From: the human T2T-CHM13v2.0 reference genome, Homo sapiens
Assembly: GCF_009914755.1 (NCBI RefSeq)
Contig: NC_060925.1
Strand: one strand, 5' to 3'
Length of the DNA stretch: 64,000 nucleotides
Both the position numbers and the translations under genes were made by a program. The notes below the pieces were generated by a model, which saw nothing but the letters and a program-made list of their open reading frames with translations, was not told the DNA's origin and did not search any database. This document shows, piece after piece, positions 51,621 to 64,000 of this stretch. Every line of letters begins with the position of its first letter. The stretch's first letter is position 1.

Positions 51621-54600
51621 CACTTTATGGATCTCTTTCCTAATGTCTAGTGTTAGCTAAGTGTTTAGATACCCAGAATAATAATAATATGACGATGACC
51701 ATAATAATAATACTACCACCAACCAATAATAATAGGTCTGTAGAAAATTAGCCCTAAGTAGCTCTGTTTTCCAGGTACATTTTTCAGCCTAATTAATAAT
51801 TATAAGAAAGAAGCTCATTTTTTGATATAACAGCTACTTTATAACAATGTGGTCTGTCATATAAATAAGACTAACTTGTTATGAGATCTTGGTCAAATCA
51901 CAACTCCATTAAGCATGGCTAGTCATCTTTAAAAGCAGGGAATTTGGTCAGATATTTTTGGGAACACTTTGTTCCAGTTTTGAGGTTCTGTAATTCTGTG
52001 ATCTGAACATTCTTATTCAGAAATGATATTCGTTAAAATTCTTAGTTTTTATTTAAGCAATTTGTGTCTCCTAGAGATATCTTTAAGTCAAATAGCAAAT
52101 CTGTTAGGGGAACAACAACAAAAAAAACCCCAGAACAAATAATAACACCTTGCCAAAGACAATGGAAAAGTATAGAATATCTTTAAGCATCCTACTAACA
52201 GTTCTGTAGTTAACTTATGCTAACTCTATGGAGGGTTGTAGAATATAATCCTAATTAAAATTTAGGTTTGAGCCAAATTGCCTCTTACAAAACATTATAA
52301 CATGGCCACATACATATTACATTTCTGGCAAATCAACACCACAAACATTGGGCAGGCTGGAAATAATCATTTGAGGCTTGTATTGGCATGTATTAAAGTT
52401 CATCCTTAATACACACAGTTAATACACTTTTATTCAAATATCCAAAATTTTCCATAGAGAAAACAAAATGTAACCCATTATTTTTTGTTATCTCATTACT
52501 ACATTGGAAAAAGCCAAACCAGTTTTTTTCTTAGCATGAGTAAAAAACAAAGATTAACAATAAAAAACAAAACTTCTATTATCTCTATATATGTGTATAT
52601 ATAAAAGTTTTTTGTATATACGTATATATATTATATATAAAACCTGTTATTATAAAACATATCATATAACTATATGACTTTCATCCTCTCTCTCACTATT
52701 ATGATAGATGGATAATTCAAAAGTCTGTTTCGAAACAATATGCAGAATGCAGGAAGTATACGTGTCCTAAATTTTTGACTAATTACTTTCAAGATATTTA
52801 CTCATCCAACACAATTCAAGATGTGTCTTGAACAACTTGAACAACTATTAACATTAGTATAGTGGGATTCATGCATGAACTCCATACTGTAACTGCATAA
52901 TATAAAATCAGTGCAATATAAGACCACTGAAATGGATATATTCACGTTAACCTAGAGAAAGAGTTTTTCCCCCTATTTCAGAGTCACTGATAGATTGCAC
53001 AGATACAACAATACTTTTAGGTTTCAAAAATTTGTATAAAAATATCAGATCTTTTGAACCATATTATACAACTATGAAATAGGTGATAAACTCAAAATAA
53101 CAGTTTGAAAACTAAATTAAAGGTTAAATGGATAAACAAACAGTCATCCTGATCCTATTGCAAGCCTGATTGGATCTTTAAGAGATGGCTATTTCTGTTG
53201 ACCTTGTTGATGACCTTGTGAAACTTTCTTCTCCAGATGAAGGTGACAGTGCTCTGACTGATAGACAAAAACAGAACCATGCCATAAAAAAATAGGTTAA
53301 AAAATTATATGGAGGTGCTAGCAGTGCTCTATAACACCTTTTGGAATTAAAATTTCTACCAAATATGTATAAAAGACTCATTAAATAAAAGCTGAATTCA
53401 GACTTAGGAATCTCTGAAATGTCTTGTGTCATCTTATTCTCTTTGAATTTATATCACTGAAAGGAAAATACAAATAATTGCTTCAGATTCTTTCTAAATG
53501 TAGATCCACAGAAGTCAGTGGTTAAAGAATTTTGTAAAAACTGACAATATAATTTAAAAGATGCACTCTATGGAAGCAACAACATTCACAAATATACACC
53601 TTGTATTTTTTCTTTTCCTATGTATCCTTTGATACATGAGATGGGGAAGCTCAGAAAGTTTCAGACACTCCCTTTGGGTCATATAGCTGATGAAATTTAG
53701 ACACCAAACCTCATTTTCTCTCTGTCTTTCTGGACTTCTGGACTTCTATTTTTCATTTTGCTTTATTATTACTTTTTTTTTTGTTCGCTTTAGTTAGCTA
53801 ACTTATATTTTTAAATCCAGCTTGAAGAACTGGATAAAAAGTGAGATTCTGCTGGGGGGTGGGAGTATCATCTCTACGTAGAACTTGTTCCTGTCTTTTT
53901 CTGTGGGCTAAGTAGTGTTCATGAATATAATCTAGATATCTTCCTAAAAAAGAGATTCCCTCATTTTCTTCTTTCTGTTCCAGTTGCTTAAATATATATT
54001 TGGAGGTGTGGAAGCCAGCTGTTAAATATGAAATCACCAGATGTCCCCATAGTAACTGGTTGCTAAAGGCGTAACACTTAATTCCTGAGCTTAAATTTGT
54101 CAATATGGAAACCATAATTGGTATTATGAGGGGGCTTCACCTTGCTAGCAGTTATTTTACTGCTCCAGAGAGAGCAGTAATTTATGTGGAAATATTTTCA
54201 GGACACATGATTTGATTGTTACTATTTATGGAAATATGGATTAAAATGCTTTCATCAAAAAAATTAAAAAGAGATTGACTCCCATACACATATTAGGAAT
54301 ATTGTGTTTTTTTTTGTCATAGCAATAAATATCTAAGAAAGTTAATGCATAGGATAAAGTAGATCTGTCTCATGGGTTCAAAGTTTGCAGGAAAATTAAG
54401 AACAGGTATCAGTCATTGGTTAGCACTTCCACTAATGTAGTATTTATTTATTCAGATAAGTCATATCATATGTAGTTTGACTTTCAAAAATATAACAGGA
54501 AATTAAGTGGGCTTATAGAAGTAGAAGGTGAATTAATACAATACTGTAATACATTATATTACCTTATTTAATTCTCATGATAGCTTGATTTCATGTAAAG

Positions 54601-54770
54601 ATCTATTGGGGAACTCTCACCTTCAACCATGATAAAATAAAAACTAGGAAAACAATAACAAAATAAAATAGTGATTTGCAGATAGCCAAAGCCTGTGGGT
54701 TTGCTCTGTCATTGAGGCAGGTTTAAAGTTTGATATGAATGTGGCTAAAATTTTCATGGTAGAATACTGA

Positions 54771-55138
<368 letters not shown>

Positions 55139-55758
55139 GGTTCCTTGAATTCTTGACTGAGTACTGATTTGTGTATATGAGTGTATATGAGTGAAGAGGC
55201 TACCAAGATTAGGCAAGTACCACCAGAAAGTAACAGAAGGAAAAACAAACTGGAGCTTACACAGTGCAAGGAATAGTTGGTTTTCTTGTCAGACTGATGA
55301 GAAAGAACATAGGACATAAGAGAGAGTCCTAAGAATGGTTTCACCGCAAAAGGGTTTTGCTGTAGTGATAAAATAAAATTAATCCTAAAGTAAAGGTGTT
55401 CCAGAACCCCTGCTAAGAAAACTTAAAGTCTCAAGGGGATCAAATTAAATTTAAGAGACTTAACTATACGACAGAAAAAAAAAAAAAAAAACTACACTAA
55501 AGATGTAAAATAGAGTGCAGTAACCAATAAGGTAACATATTTGATATCAAATTAAAAATGATAAAAACAAAAAATGCACAGCCAGGAGACAAACCAATCA
55601 ATAGAAACACACATAAATAAGAGAGATAATGAAATCAACAGACTAAAACATTAAAACTGCTATTGTAAATAGTTTTCATATTTTTAGGGATGTAAAGAAA
55701 TGCATGGATTGAGGATAAGAAGTATAGAATATTTTTTAAAAACTATATGAAATTTCTA

Positions 55759-56244
<486 letters not shown>

Positions 56245-58640
56245 CTATAGGGCATTTTCAATCAACTTAATGTATGTATAATTGGAGTCTCATATAAGAG
56301 AAAAAGATAAGCAGAAACAAAATAAGATATGTCATGAAAATATTTTAAAAACACTTTAAACGCGAAGTTCTAAGATATTCAAGAAATATTGAGCAGAGGA
56401 AATATGAAGAAAATCACATCAACATACATTATAATTAAATATCTGTAAATCCATGTAATACAAAAAATTTTTAAAGTGAAGTAGCAAATATATTTTTTAA
56501 AATTGAAGTAGAAATAACTTGTTTTTCTCTCAGAAAAACAAAAGCTTATATGATCAACAAAAAGTGTAAGAGAAATATAATAATCATTAATGAAGTCTTT
56601 CAAGCAGAATGATCATAACAGATGGATATTTAAATTTGTACCAAAAATTGGTGAGGACAAGAAAAAGTAAGTCTATGGGTAAATATAAAATACATTTTTA
56701 TCTCATTTAAAAAATCAATTTCGAAGATAATTTTAAAGAAGAGATAATGACATGTTACACGTTTTTTTAAATAGGTGGAATTAAAATAGCAGCAATGACA
56801 TAAATGCTGTGGGGCGGGGGGAATGAAAGCATATGTTATAGAGGTTTTATATTGTACACAAAGTGCTATAATATTGTTTGACTATAGTGAGTAAAAAACA
56901 TATATTTTAAATCTTAAAGCAACCATTTATAAAAGAAACCACGAAGTACAGCTTATAAACCAATATTGAAGGTGAAAGTAGATTCTAAAATTTACTCAAT
57001 CTAAAAGAAGGTAGACAAAGAAAAAAAATTTAATGGTACCAATTGAAAACAAATAGCAAAATGGTAGATTTAAATCCAATTATATAAATAATAATGTTAG
57101 ATGCAAATGTACTAAAAAGCTAAACAAAAGGCAGAGTTTGCCAAATTGGATGAACAAGCAACGCCCAACTGTTCTGCTATCCATCAGAAACACACCTAAA
57201 ATATAAAAACACAGGTGGATTTATAGTAAAAAGATAGAAATATAACACACAAATGCTATAAAAAATAAGCTGGAGTGGATATATTAATATCATGAAAAGT
57301 TATTTTTAAAAGTTGTTTTTAAAGGAAAAATGCCAGGGAAAAACATTTATAAAGGGGTCAATTTGTCTAGAGGATATAACAATCTTAAGTGTATAACAGA
57401 ACATCTATGTACAAGAAAACTCATAGAAATATAAAGAGGAATAGGAAATCCACAATTGTAGCTAAATATTTCAAAACCTGTATCTCAATACCTAATATGA
57501 TAAATTGACAAGACATTAATATAGATATGGAAATATTTTATAGCCCTAGCAATCATCTTCATTTAAATGATATTTATAAAATACTTCATACAGCTTTAGC
57601 AAAAGACATATTTTTTCTAGTGCACATGAACAATTAGTAAAATGAATAATGTTGAAGACCATAAAACAATTCTTAATTAATATAGACTATTTGAAACTGA
57701 TCTATATTAATATGTTTTGGTCCCCAACAAAAGTACACTACAAGTAAAAACAGAGATATCTTGAATATCCCTTCCCCAAATATTTGAAAATATTAAAAAA
57801 AGCTGTAATAACTCATGGGTCAAAGAAATCAGAAAACAAAGCAAAAAATATTACTTGCTTAAAGAATATGAAAATGCAGCACATCATTATTTGCTGGGTG
57901 GAGGCAAAATGGTACTTTTAGGAAATTTTATAGCATCAAAAAATTATTAGAAATATGAAAAGTTTTCCTATCAATGATCTTCACTACCACCCTAAGAAAC
58001 AAAGAAAGAAGACCAACACATAACCAAATTAATCAGTGAAGGAACTAATAAATGAGTTAAAATTAATATAAGAGAATATAGAAAACAAGAGTAAGAAATC
58101 AATGAGAACCAAAGATAATAAAGAAATAAATATGTTTATATTGTCAAACCCAAATTATCAGGAAAAAGAAAACAAAAATTACCAGTCTATTTGGTGACAA
58201 TTAGAGGTGACTTTTGTACACATATACTAAAATATACTATAGGTGTTAAATGGATAATAAAGAAGAATCACAAACATCTTTCTTTCAATAAATCCAACAA
58301 ATCTGGTTAAGGTGATCCTATAAATAATCTTGAATCTATTAAAGAAATTTAATTCATAGTTTAAAGGCAATGAAACCCTCAAGAGCAGATGACCTAACTA
58401 ATGAATTATAATAATTATAACACACACATATATATACACTACACAAATATGTAAGTAAAAAAGTAAAAATTCTATACTAGAAGAGAAAGTCAATCAAAGC
58501 AAATCACTCTAATGGACCATTACTCTGATACCAAAATAAGACAACGATATTAAAAGTAAACAACAGACCAATAACTCACATAAACATAGATTTTTTAAAA
58601 AATTAATTAAATACTAGCAAATAAAATCCAGCAATTTCTA

Positions 58641-59356
58641 TTTTTAAAAATAATTTTATTTTAGATTTTAGGGTACATGTGAAGGCTTGTTACATAGGTA
58701 AACATGTGTCATGAGGGTTTGTTGTACTTATTATTTTATCACTCAGGTTTTAAGCCCAATATCCAATAGCTATTTTTTCTACTCCACTCCCTCTTCCCAC
58801 CTCCCCTTCAAGTAGACCCCAAGATCTGTTATTCCCTTCTTTGTATTAATAGTTTCTTATCATTAAGTTCCCTAGCTAGTACCTAGATATAAAGCATTAC
58901 AATTTAATAATATAGAGACAAGCAACCTTGTTTAAAAAAAAAATTGTCCAAAGATTTGAACATAGTTTCACCAAAAAAGATAAATGGTTTGCAAATGATA
59001 ATGACAGACATTATTAATTATTGGGAAAATTCAAATTATGGGCACAATATGACACCTGTACACTACTCCACAAATGACTAAAATTAAGTGAGAATATGCA
59101 GTATTTGCTTTTCTGTTCCTGCATTAGTTTGCTAAGGATAATGGCCTACAGCTCCATTGATGTACCTGCAAAAGACGTGAGATCGTTCTCTTTTATGGCT
59201 GCATAGTATTCTATGGTGTATATGAACCAGATTTTCTTTATTCAGTCTGTCATTGATTGGCATGTAGGTTGATTCCATGTCTTAGCAATTGTGAATAGTG
59301 CTATAATAAGAATTTGCTTGCATGTGTCTTTATGGTAGAATGATTTATATTCCTCT
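58641..59356 (-). mobile_element. L1PA13-15-like 3' end, split by a ~210-bp local insert
   Basis: TTAGATTTTAGGGTACATGTGAAGG...; TSD AATCCAGCAATWTCTA (58625-58640, 59357-59372). Confidence 0.88.
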
Positions 59357-60240
59357 AATCCAGCAATATCTAAAATTAATAATGTATAATGTCAAGTTAG
59401 TTTTATCCCAGTAATGCAAAACTGATTTTCTTTTTGAAAATATTTTGCGTAATAACATCTTTAAAGAAAAATCACATGATCATCACAATACATGCAGACC
59501 AAACGTATGACTAAATTCAACACATGTTCGTGGAAAAACTCCCAGTACACTGAAAATACAAGGAAATATTCTCAACATGATAAACAGCACCTACAAAAAA
59601 CCTACTGGTAACATCAAACTAAATAAAGAATCAATGCATCTCATTAAGTTTGCCTCTATCAGTAGTTCATTCCTTTCTATTGTTTCTAATGCTCCATTAT
59701 GTAGTTATATCACAATTTTCTGCCATCAAGGATTTCAACTCTCAAGAATTTTTTCAGTTTTTTTTACTGGAGACTTTAGCAAGTACAATAAGGCAAAAAA
59801 GAAAGGACACGTACGTATTGGAAGCAAATTACTAAAGTCGTACTTATTCACAGTCAACATGGTCATTTATATAGACAATCTTAAACAATTTACAGAAAAT
59901 AAAAATACTAGAAGAAAGAAGTGAGTTTAGAAATGTTTCAGGATATAAGATCAACTTTAGAAAATCAATTTTATTTCTGTATCAACATGAAATTTGGCAA
60001 TATGAAATTTTATAAATTATAGTAGCACCAAAAATATGAAATACTTAGGAAAATCTTAAACTATGTGCAAGATCTGCATCCTGAATAAATTAATAATCCT
60101 GAAAACAATGCAACACTGCTGAGAGAAATTAAAGAATTTATAAATAAATGGGGAGGTAAACCATGCTTAAGGATCAAAATACTCAATATTGTTATCAACT
60201 TTTCCCAAATTGTTCTTTAGATTCAACACAATCCCAAACA

Positions 60241-60294
60241 AATTCCCAGCATATTCTTTTGTAGGAATTCCCAGCATATTCTTTTGTAGGAATT
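60241..60294. repeat. Perfect 25-bp tandem duplication
   Basis: AATTCCCAGCATATTCTTTTGTAGG twice, then AATT. Confidence 0.95.
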
Positions 60295-61929
60295 ATCAGG
60301 TTAATTCTCAAATTTATATCAAAATGCAAAATAGCCAATTTTTTTTTGAAAAATTACAGTATTAGAGTTGTGAGCCTACCTGATTCGTGAATTACTCTTA
60401 AGCTGAACTAATCAAAAGAGTAAGGCATTGGCATAAAGGTAGACATAGATAGAAATAACAAAATAAAATATTTAAAATAGACCAATACATATATGGCCAA
60501 TTGAATTTCAAAATAGGTGTCAAGGTAATTTAGTTGGGAAATGATAATTGTGTCAAAACGTGGTGCTGGTAAAACAGACATTTCTATGCAATAGAGGGAA
60601 CCTTGACAGATACTTCATCTCATACACAATAACCTGAGCTGCAGAATAGACTGAAATATAAATGCTAGAGATATAAAACCTCTAGAAAAAAATACCATAG
60701 AAAATCTTAATGATCTTGGTTTAGTTAATGCTTTTTTTTAATAGGACACGAAAGACATAAGTTATAAAGGAAAATTTGGTAACTTGAACTTTTCCAAATT
60801 AAAAACATTTCCTCTTCAACTAATGTGATTAAGAAAATCAAAAGATAACTATAGACTGAGAGATATTTGTTTGCCAAACATATGCCCTCTAAGGAATTAG
60901 TACCCAGCATATATAACCATGACAATTTAATAATACAAAGACAAGCAACCTTGCTTAAAAAAATAGCCCAAAATTTTGAATAGAGCTTCACCAAAAAAGA
61001 TAAATGAGTCGTGAATGATAATGATAGACATTATTAATCCTTGGGAAAATGCAAATTTTAAGCACAATAAGACACCTGTACACCACTACAGTAATGCCTA
61101 AAATTAAAAAGACTGATACTTCTAGTGTTTTGGAGGATGCTATACAGCTAGAACCTTTCATATTTTGCTGTGGGAATGCAAAATGGAACAGTGACTTTGG
61201 AAGACAGTTTGGTAGTTTCTTTTAGAATTAAATATACCATATTTCCTAGCAATTCCATTCTCAAGCCCAAGAGATACATTGACACAAGTAATTTTATGCA
61301 AATATTCACTGCAGATTTATTCATAATAGCTGAAACTAGAAATAACCCAAATGTCTATCAACTGGTGAATGCATAAGAAAATTGTGATATAACCATATAA
61401 AGGAGTACTGTAAACAATACAAAGGAATGAGCCACTGATTGAGACAACCACATGGATTAATCTCAAAAGCTTTATGCTAAGTGACAGAATCTAGTCACAA
61501 AAGACTACATACTTTATGATTTCATTTGTATAACATTAAAAAAATACAAATCTATTATTACAGAAAGTGCATGAGAAGTTGTCGGGAACTAGAAACTGCA
61601 GGGACAGAATTTTCTATAAATTTCCATATGGAAACTTAGCGGTGAGTGATAAAAATTTACCATATCATGATTGTGGCATTAATTAGTCAATTGTATATAT
61701 TTGTCAAAACTCATCAAATTGTACATTTAAAATTGATTAATTTTATTTTATGTAAACTGTACTTTACCAAAGCCGACAAAATTTAATATGGGGTAAAATA
61801 TCCCATTGCCTATGTATAGGACATTCAAAAGAAATATTAATAAACAAAAGGGAAATTCTTACAATGCTATTTATTATTTTACCCAAGATGATCCAGAGCT
61901 TGTTTTCTTGTTATTGCCAATATATCCTA

Positions 61930-62125
61930 CCAAGAATCAGCAAACATTTTCTCAAATGCAATGTGATAAGTATTTTAGGCTCATTTTATACAATCTCTGT
62001 AGCAACTACTCACCTCTGCAATGTAGCATGAAAGCAGTCATTGACAACGTAAATAAATGAGTTTGGCTTTGTTCAATAAAACTTTATTTACAAAAACAGG
62101 TGATGGTCTAGTTTGCTAACCACTT
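61930..62125 (+). mobile_element. MER58A-like hAT-Charlie element
   Basis: TCAGCAAACATTTTCT...GCAACTACTCACCTCTGC...CAATAAAACTTTATTTACAAAAACAGG...AGTTTGCTAACC. Confidence 0.88.
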
Positions 62126-62454
62126 TCTGGACTTTCAGTAACTGAGGCTGGCCTCAATATTTTGATGAAAACACTGTATAATTTGGCAAAAGATCTGTTT
62201 GTTTGGGGTAGTACCAGATTTTATATATAATGTAGAAAGTTTTTATATATGTGTAATTCCTGAAACAATTTTGATGTACCAGTGTTGGGAATAAATTAAG
62301 AAATTGCTTAGAAAGTTCTGTCTTAGTAATGTACAGATCTCAACTCCACAAAATTCTTTGTTCCCACAGGGGTTACTTTTTTAAAGCCTCATTTATTTTA
62401 ACAGATACTTATTTTGTTTCTACTATGGATAAAGTGTAGACTGGCTCTTTGTTT

Positions 62455-63045
62455 CAGCTAGTCAGTCAGCCATTCATATGTGTGTGTATACACACACACA
62501 CTCACACACACAAACAGCATCAACATGTCATGCTATGACTTGTGATATAGCCGTAAAAAATAAAGAAAAAGAAATCTCTGGGATTACAGAGATTTTATTA
62601 TAGTAGGTAGCATAAAATAAGCAATAAACATAATACATTAATATAATATATAGCATGGTAGAGTGGTAAGTGTAATAGAGAAAGAGGTCAGGATAAGGAG
62701 ATATGAGATGCCCAAGGTGTAAAAGGAGAAGACTGGAATTTTAAGTGAATGGTTAGGATTGCCCTCTAGAGATGGTGAAGTGGAATAAGCGAGTCATGGG
62801 GAAAGAGCATTACAAGCAGAAGTAACACGTATGACAAAAATATAAGGTTAGAATTAGGGAATCTGGTTGAAAATCCATTGCAGTAATATGTGAGATGATG
62901 GTGGTTCAGAAGAGGGTGATAGAAGTCAAGATGGTGTAAGGTTCCATATTGTAAACATGAAATGAAAGTAGGGCCGAAATAATTTCCTGATATGATATAG
63001 ATATGTTTTGTAAAGAAAGAGAGGCATTAAGAATGACTCTAAAGA
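62455..63045 (-). mobile_element. L2 fragment
   Basis: CATTCAT 3' end, GGGAAAGAGCATTACAAGCAGAAG, GATGATGGTGGTTCAG, AAGAATGACTCTAAAG. Confidence 0.7.
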
Positions 63046-63147
63046 ATCAATTGTTTGATATAGTTAATATTCAAATGTTAACATTTTGACATGATTAACA
63101 ATTTATTTTTTAAAAATTTGTTTAAATCTCCTGTAATTACTTAGAAA

Positions 63148-64000
63148 AACTTTTAAGTTCAGGGGCACATATGCTGGTTTGTTACATAGGTAAACCTTTG
63201 TCATGGGGGTTCATTGTACAGATTATTTCATTGCCATGTATTAAGCCTAGTACTCATTAGTTATTTTTCATGACACTCTCCCTCCTCCCACCCTCCACCT
63301 CCAGTAGGCCCCAGTGTGTGTTGTTCCCTTCTATGTGTCCATGTGTTCTCATCATTTAGCTCCCACTTATAAGTGAGAGCATGTGATCTTTGGTTTTCTC
63401 TTCCTGCCTTAGTTTGCCAAGGATGATCACCTCCAGCTCCATCCATGTCCCTGCAAAGGACATGATGGTGTATATGTACCAAATTTTCTTCATCCAGTCT
63501 ATCACTGATGGACATTTAGATTGATTTCATATTTTTGCTATTGTGAATAGTGTTTCAATGAATATACTCATGCATTTATCTTTATAATAGAATGATTTAT
63601 ATTTTGGAAGGTATATACCCAGTAATAGGATTGCCAGGTCAAATGTTATTTTTGTCTTTAGGTCTTTGAGAAATTGTCACACTGTCTTCCACAATGGGTG
63701 AACGAATACGTACCCCTACCAACAGTGAGTAAGCATTCCTTTTTCTACACAACCTTGACAGCATGTTATTTTTGACATTTTAATAATAGCCATTGTGACT
63801 GGTGTGAGATGGTATCCCATTGTGGGTTTGATTTCTTTTCTCTAATGATCAGTGATGCTGAGCTTTTTTAAAAAATATGATTGTTGGTTGCATGTATGGC
63901 TTCTTTTGAGAAGTGTCTGTTCATGTCCTTTGCCCGCTTTTTAATTGGGCTGTTTTTTCTTATAAATTTGTTTAAGTTCCATATATATGCTGGATATTAC
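63148..64000 (-). mobile_element. L1PA10-13-like 3' end, running off the window
   Basis: TTTTAAGTTCAGGGG...TTACATAGGTAAAC...GCTCCCACTTATAAGTGAGA; antisense ORF2 end. Confidence 0.9.

Overview
Primate (human-like; AluY present) AT-rich, repeat-dense non-coding DNA. I find no protein-coding exon, RNA gene, CRISPR array or CpG island. The recognisable ORFs are decayed L1/THE1 frames or antisense Alu frames; the rest are short and unsupported. The window holds 7 Alus, a near full-length dead L1PB2-like LINE, a ~7 kb old L1M, two full-length THE1 (MaLR) proviruses, a Ricksha (MuDR) DNA transposon with an exact 9-bp TSD, several solo LTRs, and MIR/L2/MER relics. I see no new gene-encoded system. 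The strongest unexplained structure is the pair of independently inserted, head-to-head THE1 elements: they are clearly diverged overall but share a 459-bp inverted segment identical at 457/459 positions around a 1,279-bp spacer. This indicates recent gene conversion and gives a potential inversion and dsRNA substrate. Also notable: an ~11-kb nested insertion stack in which one target site was hit by two L1s (one 5'-inverted and apparently carrying a 3' transduction), and several locally templated insertions and fold-back scars. Subfamily names come from remembered consensus sequences and need RepeatMasker/Dfam confirmation. Boundaries of old repeats are approximate.
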